From the NCBI GenBank assembly GCA_913045205.1, contig CAJWQF010000004.1:3704-67703 (forward strand): DNA of 64,000 nucleotides. The letters are read 5' to 3'. The notes beneath the pieces were generated by a model. It did not search any database, was not told the origin of the DNA, and worked only from the letters and a program-made list of their open reading frames with translations. This document shows positions 19,536 to 26,502 of the stretch, in pieces (within the stretch, counting starts at the first letter, position 1; each line of letters opens with the position of its first letter). The position numbers were made by a program, and so were the translations under genes. The DNA is from an uncultured Gammaproteobacteria bacterium (GTDB lineage Bacteria > Pseudomonadota > Gammaproteobacteria > Pseudomonadales > Azotimanducaceae).

Positions 19536-21506
19536 TTAGCCCCGCAGCACCTGTAGAACGATGTCGGTGGACGCATTTGCCTGCGAGAGCATTGCTGCCC
19601 CAGCTTGTTGCAGTACCTGTGCTTTTGCTAGCCGCGACGTCTCTGCTGCAAAGTCGGCGTCCTGTATCCGCGATCTGGCGCCGATAGTGTACTCGGTAAC
19701 CTTCATCAGATTAGAAACCGAATAATCTAGGCGATTTTGCAGCGTACCCAGCGAGCCGCGCATGCCAGAGACAATCTCCAGTGCACCGTCGATGGTCGCA
19801 ATGGAATAGCTGGCGCCGATTTGTGTGGATATATCCACGACCGCGACCGACTCGAGTGCTGCTGTGGTTGTACCATCGGCAAACCAAGTGTCTTCCGTAC
19901 CGCCATTGGTCTGCGTCACGGTATAACCGTTGGAAGAGGTCATTCTCAGGGTGCCAACTACCTTGGTTGTGTCGGTGGCGGTGGACGCTGCGGCCCCGGC
20001 CACTAACTCCGCGTGAGTGGTCTCCACTACACTTGTTGAGTTGTCGGCTTTCGTCGCCGCGCTATATGCGACACTCGAGGTATCAAGGTCAATGCCTACC
20101 GTCAGCCCGTTCAAGTCGTCAAAAGACCCTATATTGGTTTGCGTGAAAGTAATTACTTTGCCGCTTGAGGTCGCTCCGTCCGCTGAGCCGGCGGCAGCCG
20201 TTGAGTTTGTTGATCCTGAGTGTGCGTTGTAGGCAAGCGCAAATCTGGTAGCAAAGTTGGCTGCGGTAATATTGTTGCCGAGGGTCGTGCTGGTTGACGA
20301 AGCACCGGCATCCGCCGCGCTATGGTCTAAAACCAAGGTAACAGTGTCTTCGTTAAACGTGGTTTGTATGGCGCCAGTAGCTGCAGGTGAGCCAGAGTTG
20401 TACCACTTCAGATACGCTGCATAGACATCGGCAACATCAACCTTCGCAACTTCAGCGCCGCTTGCGGCCAACGTTCGTAGCGATCCCGCTTCGGTTACGC
20501 CATCACTCTTAACACCACTTACCGTCAGGTTGGTGCCGGCCGCGCCATTGCGAATGATAACGTCGTCGCCATCGGAGTCGCTCAACAAGATTTTATTTTC
20601 TGTCGTGGCAGATGCCATAACTCCGGTGGTGGTATGAATCGCATTTATTTTCGCAACAGCATCGGTAACGTCATTACTGGATATTGAAAATGATGCGGTG
20701 GAGGTGCCATTAATCGAAAGCTGGTAGTTTTCACTTGTTGCAGAGGAAGACGCGACATGCAGGTAAGTTCTTGCTTGGGCAAAAACCGTCGTTGCACCCG
20801 CTACCGAGTTGATTTTTCGCGCGACATCCTTGGCACTGTCGTTGGCCGCGATGTCGATTGTTCGCGTGTTGCCATTCCCGACAATCGAGATGTCGTCGGC
20901 ATTGTCCGTTAAGTTAGTCGTCGAGGTATAACCGGCGGTGGTCGCAGTAGCTGGCGTATAGGCCCCAGCACTGCTCTCGCCGACCATGACATAGGCCCCG
21001 AGTAAGGCGGATTCGACGGAATCGATGGTGAAATTGATTTCTTCGCCCGACATGGTGCCTACTTGCAGTGACTTGGCTGAAAACGTGCCGTTAAGCACCT
21101 GCGTACCGTTGTAGCGCGTATTCGCTGACACGCGAGAAATCTCAAGTTGCAGAGAGTTCAACTCATTGTCTGCAAAGGCTCTTTCTGTTGCTGAGTTTGT
21201 GGCGTTCGCTGATTGCACCGCGAGTTCTCGCATGCGTTGAAGCATTCCGGACACCTCAACAAGCGCGTTTTCTACTGTCCTGATTAGGGCGATGCCGTCG
21301 TTGGCGTTCTTCGTGGCCATGGTCAGGCCGCGAATTTGCGAGTTCATGCGCTCTACCATTGCCAGTCCCGCAGCGTCGTCGGCCGCGCTGTTGATTCTGG
21401 AGCCCGTCGAAAGACGCTCCATGGCAGATTCCATTTCTGACCGCGACTCTGTCAGCGCTCTTTGCGCCTGAATCGCACCGATGTTGGTGTTTAATACCAA
21501 TCCCAT
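19536..21506 (-). CDS. fliC: Flagellin, 656 aa (called fla1 here)
   Basis: NTNIGAIQAQR..ERLSTGSRINSAADDAAG; SRIQDADFAAETSRLAKAQVLQQAG. Confidence 0.97.
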   Translation of the reverse strand: MGLVLNTNIGAIQAQRALTESRSEMESAMERLSTGSRINSAADDAAGLAMVERMNSQIRGLTMATKNANDGIALIRTVENALVEVSGMLQRMRELAVQSANATNSATERAFADNELNSLQLEISRVSANTRYNGTQVLNGTFSAKSLQVGTMSGEEINFTIDSVESALLGAYVMVGESSAGAYTPATATTAGYTSTTNLTDNADDISIVGNGNTRTIDIAANDSAKDVARKINSVAGATTVFAQARTYLHVASSSATSENYQLSINGTSTASFSISSNDVTDAVAKINAIHTTTGVMASATTENKILLSDSDGDDVIIRNGAAGTNLTVSGVKSDGVTEAGSLRTLAASGAEVAKVDVADVYAAYLKWYNSGSPAATGAIQTTFNEDTVTLVLDHSAADAGASSTSTTLGNNITAANFATRFALAYNAHSGSTNSTAAAGSADGATSSGKVITFTQTNIGSFDDLNGLTVGIDLDTSSVAYSAATKADNSTSVVETTHAELVAGAAASTATDTTKVVGTLRMTSSNGYTVTQTNGGTEDTWFADGTTTAALESVAVVDISTQIGASYSIATIDGALEIVSGMRGSLGTLQNRLDYSVSNLMKVTEYTIGARSRIQDADFAAETSRLAKAQVLQQAGAAMLSQANASTDIVLQVLRG

Positions 21507-21512
21507 AACTAA

Positions 21513-21534
21513 ACCCCTTTAGCTATCTACATAC
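21513..21534. repeat. 22-bp inverted repeat copy L (fla1 RBS region); partner at 26475-26496
   Basis: ACCCCTTTAGCTATCTACATAC is the exact reverse complement of GTATGTAGATAGCTAAAGGGGT. Confidence 0.95.
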
Positions 21535-21647
21535 CTGCACATCTTTGCCGCCTTTACAGCGCCATCGATGCCTATACGGCAAACTGGCCGGCAAAAACGG
21601 AGTGTTTTCTCCGGTTTCTTGGCAAGCTTTTGCCGCTTACAGAGACA

Positions 21648-21674
21648 AAGTCGGAGTTCGGGATTAAAACTTTA
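21648..21674 (-). promoter_or_regulatory. sigma28-type promoter of fla1
   Basis: TAAA-GTTTTAATCCCGAAC-TCCGACTT. Confidence 0.75.
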
Positions 21675-21695
21675 GGATTTTTTTTCGAAAAGGCG

Positions 21696-21726
21696 GAAAC
21701 CCGGTCAGACCCCCTGACCGGGTTTC
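21696..21726 (-). terminator. 13-bp hairpin ending the fla2 transcript (weak U tract)
   Basis: GAAACCCGGTCAG-GGGGT-CTGACCGGGTTTC followed by CGCCTTTT. Confidence 0.65.
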
Positions 21727-21882
21727 GAGGAAAAGTGAGTGTCTCACCGTGTCCATTTTGTTAAGGCCCCGGACCAGAGGCTCTTCAGCTTTGACACTGA
21801 AGGGGTCGTGAGCCTCTGGCCAGAGTGAGGTCCTGCCTGACCGGTGTCAGACAGGAAGCACCTACCAGTAGACCGACAGACC
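21696..21882 (-). ncRNA. Candidate structured 3'-UTR RNA of fla2
   Basis: Four hairpins in ~190 nt. A mismatch becomes a G-U pair only on the minus strand, and an exposed ACGACCCC bulge is present. Confidence 0.4.
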
Positions 21883-22797
21883 CTATCGGATCAACTGGAT
21901 GGCGAGTTGCGAGGAAGCATTCGCTTGCGCCAGCATTGCTGTACCGGTTTGCTGCAGCACTTGGGCTTTAGCCAAACGGGCACTTTCTGCCGCGAAGTCA
22001 GCGTCTTCGATGCGAGATCGAGCAGCCGTGGTGAATTCAGCAACGTTCATCAGGTTAGAAACCGTGTATTCCAAACGGTTGGAAAGCGCACCGTAGCCGG
22101 CGCGATTACTTGCAACCTGTTCTATTGCGGTGGTGATTTTTGACAAGGAGTTGGCAGCATCAGCCGCAGTTAGCACGCTGATTTTCTCACCAGATGCCAA
22201 AGTGGCACTGGTAGCCGCGGTCTCTGAAGCGATGTCGTCAATGACCGCAGCAGCACTGCTGGTAGCAGCGGTGAATGAGTCATTAGTCAAGCCCAGTGTG
22301 TCTGTGTCGATCGCAGCAATGCTGAAAGCCACTGTCTGGCCAGAATCGGTGCCCACTTGGATGGTTCCTGAACGGCTGCCGTCTAGGACGTTAAGGTCGT
22401 TATAGACCGTTTGCGAAGATACACGGTTGATTTCGTTTAACAGCGAGTCGACTTCCTTCTGAAGGTAGCCTCGGTCAGTCGCAGAGTTCGTGTCGTTTGC
22501 GGCCTGTACTGCGAGTTCCCTTACGCGCTGGAGCATGTCGGTAACGTCATTAGTGGCGTTTTCGATGGTGGCAAGCATTGCTAGGCCGTCGTTGGCGTTC
22601 TTGGTTGCCATGTTCAAACCACGCACCTGAGCCGTCATACGCTCGGCGATGGCGAAGCCGGCAGCGTCGTCGGCAGCAGAGTTGATTTTCTTACCTGAAG
22701 ATAAACGCTCCATGGCAGTTGAAAGTTCACGGGAAGATTCGGCCAGTGATCGCTGTGCGTTCAAAGAACCTATGTTGGTGTTTACTACGATGCTCAT
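21883..22797 (-). CDS. fliC: Flagellin, 304 aa (fla2)
   Basis: Conserved flagellin N and C termini, minimal variable region. Confidence 0.97.
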   Translation of the reverse strand: MSIVVNTNIGSLNAQRSLAESSRELSTAMERLSSGKKINSAADDAAGFAIAERMTAQVRGLNMATKNANDGLAMLATIENATNDVTDMLQRVRELAVQAANDTNSATDRGYLQKEVDSLLNEINRVSSQTVYNDLNVLDGSRSGTIQVGTDSGQTVAFSIAAIDTDTLGLTNDSFTAATSSAAAVIDDIASETAATSATLASGEKISVLTAADAANSLSKITTAIEQVASNRAGYGALSNRLEYTVSNLMNVAEFTTAARSRIEDADFAAESARLAKAQVLQQTGTAMLAQANASSQLAIQLIR

Positions 22798-22851
22798 AAC
22801 AGACCCCTGTCATTATGGGTGCTTACCTTGCACCCTGGATTCAATGGTTTC

Positions 22852-23032
22852 GGCAAACTGTTGCCTCTATGAGGAAGCGGCTTGCCGGTTTTGCGTTGAA
22901 GCGGCAGGTTCTTGCCGCGTACAACCAGTTAATCGGGGCTGAGCGGCAAAGCTTTAGGACAAAAGCGGCAAAAAAGGCAAATATTTGCCAGTTTTTTGGC
23001 AAAAGTTTGCCGATAAACGGCAAAACAGTGCC
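22852..23032. promoter_or_regulatory. Array of five GGCA-N6-TGCC palindromes flanking the fla2 promoter
   Basis: Perfect sites start at 22852, 22903, 22976, 22998 and 23019. Confidence 0.75.
22930..22956 (-). promoter_or_regulatory. sigma28-type promoter of fla2
   Basis: TAAA-GCTTTGCCGCTCAGC-CCCGATTA. Confidence 0.78.
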
Positions 23033-23213
23033 GGGTGCATTGGGTCGACAGCCAAAAAAGCGTCAGAAAATAGCTTGGCCCTAGGGTCCTATGGCCGAGC
23101 AATCGGCAACACCAGACAGCGATGGACAAATCAAGAGGACGAAAGAGATGACGAAAGATAAGGCGAGTTAAGGGAATGAGGTAATGACAGCAGCCAAAGT
23201 GACCGACTTCTAG

Positions 23214-23269
23214 AAAAACTCATCCAAGCCCCGGGGAAGACCCCTCTACCCGAAAGGCTTGGCATGAGT
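23214..23269 (-). terminator. Long-stem intrinsic terminator after fla3
   Basis: ACTCATGCCAAGCC...GGCTTGGATGAGT followed by TTTT. Confidence 0.65.
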
Positions 23270-23288
23270 GCGTAACGGTTACTCGTTG

Positions 23289-24206
23289 TTACCGAAACAA
23301 GGACAGCGCTAGCTGCTGCGAAGCATTGGCTTGCGCCAGCATCGCGGTGCCCGTCTGCTGTAGCACTTGTGCTTTAGCAAGACGTGCGCTTTCTGCCGCA
23401 AAGTCAGCATCTTCAATCCGCGAACGCGCTGCGGTTGTGTATTCCGCTACGTTCATTAGATTAGAAACGGTGTACTCCAGTCGATTCGAAACAGCACCCA
23501 AGGATGCTCTGTTCCCGGCAACGGTTTCGATCGCAGCGGTTACCTTGGTCAGTGCATTGCCAGCATCAGATGCTGTCAACACGCTGATCTTTTCGCCCGA
23601 AGCGATAGTCGCCGAGGTTGCAGCTGTTTCAGCGGCAATATCGTCGATCGCAGCCGCGGCACTGCTTGTTGCTGCAGTAAACGAGTCGTTCGATAAACCC
23701 AGCGTGTCGGTATCGATTGCTGCTATGTCAAAAGAAATTGATTGGCCGGAATCCGTGCCAACCTGAATCTTTTGCCCACTTCTGCTGCCGTCCAACACTT
23801 CCTCTCCGTTATAAACGGTCTGTGCTGCCACCCTATTGATTTCATTCATCAAAGAGTCGACTTCTTTTTGCAAGTATCCGCGATCCGTAGCGGAATTCGT
23901 GTCGTTTGCCGCCTGAACAGCAAGCTCGCGAATGCGATGCAACATGTCAGTGACATCGTTGGTCGCGTTTTCCACCGTAGCAATCATAGAAAGACCATCA
24001 TTGGCATTCTTGGTCGCCATGTTAAGACCCCGAATTTGGGCCGTCATTCTTTCTGCGATCGCAAAGCCAGCAGCGTCGTCGGCGGCGCTGTTGATTTGCT
24101 TTCCAGAGGAAAGACGTTCCATTGCTGTCTTTAGTTCTCCGCCAGAGGCGGCTAAAGACCGTTGTGCATTCAAAGATGCAACGTTTGTGTTAATGACTAA
24201 ACTCAT
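23289..24206 (-). CDS. fliC: Flagellin, 305 aa (fla3), close paralog of fla2
   Basis: Conserved termini; central AAIDTDTLGL.NDSFTAATSSAAA shared with fla2. Confidence 0.97.
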   Translation of the reverse strand: MSLVINTNVASLNAQRSLAASGGELKTAMERLSSGKQINSAADDAAGFAIAERMTAQIRGLNMATKNANDGLSMIATVENATNDVTDMLHRIRELAVQAANDTNSATDRGYLQKEVDSLMNEINRVAAQTVYNGEEVLDGSRSGQKIQVGTDSGQSISFDIAAIDTDTLGLSNDSFTAATSSAAAAIDDIAAETAATSATIASGEKISVLTASDAGNALTKVTAAIETVAGNRASLGAVSNRLEYTVSNLMNVAEYTTAARSRIEDADFAAESARLAKAQVLQQTGTAMLAQANASQQLALSLFR

Positions 24207-24270
24207 AACATCAGCCTCTAAATAGTTTTAGATAGCCGCGTCATACGGTTGATGACCCCAACCATTTAGT

Positions 24271-24318
24271 CGAGAGCCCCGCTAAAGGCTCTCGTAGGCA
24301 CCCCGCTAAAGGCGCCCA
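24271..24318 (-). repeat. Tandem hairpins with identical loop (UUUAGCGG) in the fla3 5' UTR
   Basis: 13-bp direct repeat CCCCGCTAAAGGC at 24277 and 24301, each inside an 8-bp stem with different outer sequence. Confidence 0.8.
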
Positions 24319-24408
24319 CCGCATTCGCAACTGGTTAAGTTGCTGCAAAACGGCAATTACTTGCCGCTACGCAACGAAAGCGGCAAGTAATTGCCGCATT
24401 CAGAGACT

Positions 24409-24435
24409 ATATCGGGCGGATTAAGAGAACCTTTA
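24409..24435 (-). promoter_or_regulatory. sigma28-type promoter of fla3
   Basis: TAAA-N15-CCCGATAT. Confidence 0.78.
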
Positions 24436-24750
24436 GAAAAAAGATTATTTTTTAGGGGTCATGGGAAATGCATGGGCAACGATGAACAAGGCTTACGTGG
24501 TCTATGCTTGTTGGGCTTCTAAATTGGTGCCTGGTGCGACAGAGGCGTGCCACTCCAAAAATTTCCCGAACCGAGAACATTGTTTTGAGCTGGTTTTACT
24601 CCATTCATTTTTAGGCCGAAGTACAACGCTCTATGTTAAGTGTCGATGAAAGGCAGTTGCGTGAATGGGTTATAGCTTTTAAACCCTCTACTCTAGAAGG
24701 TGCGTTCTCGCGTAAGGTGTCACGCGCGTATAAATCCATGGGGAGGGGAT

Positions 24751-26286
24751 ATGAGCGAAAAATCGAGCCAAGGGGAACTGCCTGAATCGCAAAAAAATAT
24801 GGCTAGGCTTCTAGGTGACGTTGACCCGGCGCAAGACGCCAGCAGCGCAGTAGCCCTGCGCACCAAGATCTATTTTGGCATCGGAGCCGGCGGCGAAGCG
24901 GCATCTATGTGGATATTTAACGCGGTTGGGCTAATTTTCTACCAACAAATTCTTGGGTTGCCGGCTGGACTAGCCGCAACAGCCATGGCGATTGCGATCT
25001 TTGTAGACGCAATCACCGACCCACTGATTGGCGCGGTTTCCGACAATTTTCGCTCTCGTTTCGGTCGTCGGCACCCGTTTCTTCTTATGGCCCCTATTCC
25101 TTTGGCCCTTTGTGTCTTTTTGATTTTCCATCCGCCTCAATTTGTAGTCGAATCAACCTCGCTTCTTTTCTCTTGGCTTTGTCTTTTCACTGTGCTCCAG
25201 AGGACCTTCCAAACATTTTATGTTGTTCCCCACCTTGCAATGGGTGCGGAACTTTCTACCGATTATTTGGAGCGCACGCGTGTCATGTCTTTCAATAATT
25301 TATTCAGTCTGTACGGCACCATGTTTATGCACTCGATTTCATGGTTCTTAGTTTTTGGATTCCTCTTTGCTGATCAGGGAGGACAGCTATACAAACCTGC
25401 TTACACTTGGATCGCCATGACCGCTTGCGCTACGATTTTACTTTCGATCTTTGCGTGCGCCTTTGGAACTAAGGATAAGATCGAACTTCTTAAGCATCGT
25501 CAGAATACCCGCCAGAGTGCTGTTTCACTCCGATCGTTTTACAGCGACATTTGGTCAGTGCTGCACAATCGCAACTATCTGTTTCTGCTCTTGGGCTTAT
25601 TTTTCCTTTCATTGACGATCGGGACTCACGAAACCCTATCTATTTATATGGTCACTTTCTTTTGGGAGCTCTCGGCTTATCAGATTGGGTTTCTGATCAT
25701 AAACAACATTATAGGCGTCCACGTTGGATTTTTTTTGGCAGCACGTTTGCACGAGCGGTTCGACAAGCGGTGGACGATCGCTCTTTCCGCTGTAGGGTTA
25801 AGCGTGTTTTGGTCAATGGGTGTTAACTTGGCACTTCTTGGCGTCGCTCCAACTAACGGCTCTTGGACGCTGGTTGGTTTCATTATTTTTCTCGGCAGTT
25901 TTTCGTCTTTTTTTGGAGCTGTTCTCAATATCAGCGTGATGTCGGCACTGGCCGACATCGCGGACCAGCATGAGCTTGATTCTGGATTACGGTTGGAAGG
26001 TATCTTCTACTCTGCGAGGGCATTTTTTTCAAAAGCAATGATTGCTGTAGGACACATTGTTGCTGGGGTCGCCCTCCAGTTTTACGTAATGCTTCCGCCA
26101 AAATCTGTGCCGGGTGAGATTCCCGGCGACGTAATTTTCCGCTTAGGAATCGTCGATGGCCCCTTTGCCATGGTCGGCGGAATTATTGCGGGAGTGGTTT
26201 ACCTTGGTTATCGGATCGATAAGACGGCTCATTTCGAAATTCTAAGCAGGTTGAAGGCCCGTGAGCTCGCTAACTCAGATAATTGA
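24751..26286 (+). CDS. MFS transporter, glycoside-pentoside-hexuronide (MelB-like) type
   Basis: DAITDPLIGAVSDNFRSRFGRRHPF, ELSTDYLERT, ADIADQHEL..G.RLEG; GGAGG RBS. Confidence 0.9.
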   Translation: MSEKSSQGELPESQKNMARLLGDVDPAQDASSAVALRTKIYFGIGAGGEAASMWIFNAVGLIFYQQILGLPAGLAATAMAIAIFVDAITDPLIGAVSDNFRSRFGRRHPFLLMAPIPLALCVFLIFHPPQFVVESTSLLFSWLCLFTVLQRTFQTFYVVPHLAMGAELSTDYLERTRVMSFNNLFSLYGTMFMHSISWFLVFGFLFADQGGQLYKPAYTWIAMTACATILLSIFACAFGTKDKIELLKHRQNTRQSAVSLRSFYSDIWSVLHNRNYLFLLLGLFFLSLTIGTHETLSIYMVTFFWELSAYQIGFLIINNIIGVHVGFFLAARLHERFDKRWTIALSAVGLSVFWSMGVNLALLGVAPTNGSWTLVGFIIFLGSFSSFFGAVLNISVMSALADIADQHELDSGLRLEGIFYSARAFFSKAMIAVGHIVAGVALQFYVMLPPKSVPGEIPGDVIFRLGIVDGPFAMVGGIIAGVVYLGYRIDKTAHFEILSRLKARELANSDN

Positions 26287-26431
26287 GAGGGGTGGCACCT
26301 GTGGTGTGACAGATTTGGAAGAAGGCGTTTGTTGCCCGGAGGGCAGGGGATCTATGAAGATGCGAGGTGTCTATCGGTTAAAAGGCGTTTATCGGAGACC
26401 GGCACAGCAGGTTGGGGGATAATTTCTGGGC

Positions 26432-26463
26432 AAAAAAACCGCCGGACTGAGCCGGCGGTTTTT
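26432..26463. terminator. Bidirectional intrinsic terminator between the MFS gene and fla4
   Basis: AAAAAAACCGCCGG-ACTGAG-CCGGCGGTTTTT. Confidence 0.88.
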
Positions 26464-26474
26464 GGTTGCTTTCA

Positions 26475-26496
26475 GTATGTAGATAGCTAAAGGGGT
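26475..26496. repeat. 22-bp inverted repeat copy R (fla4 3' UTR), antisense to the fla1 RBS
   Basis: Exact reverse complement of 21513-21534; lies between the fla4 stop and its terminator. Confidence 0.95.
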
Positions 26497-26502
26497 AAGC
26501 TA

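Noticed and set aside
21541-21640. Possible c-di-GMP-I riboswitch (GGCAAA motifs) in flagellin leaders
   Set aside because: No GNRA-capped P2 or P3 architecture; GGCAAA is explained by the DNA palindrome motif.
22852-23032. CRISPR-like or REP array
   Set aside because: Repeats are 14-bp degenerate palindromes with 7-8 bp gaps, confined to promoters; no cas genes.
24283-24309. Plus-strand sigma28-like TAAA-N15-CCCGCTAA created by the tandem repeat
   Set aside because: Lacks the core CGA found in all eight other promoters; G-U pairs favour a minus-strand RNA hairpin explanation.
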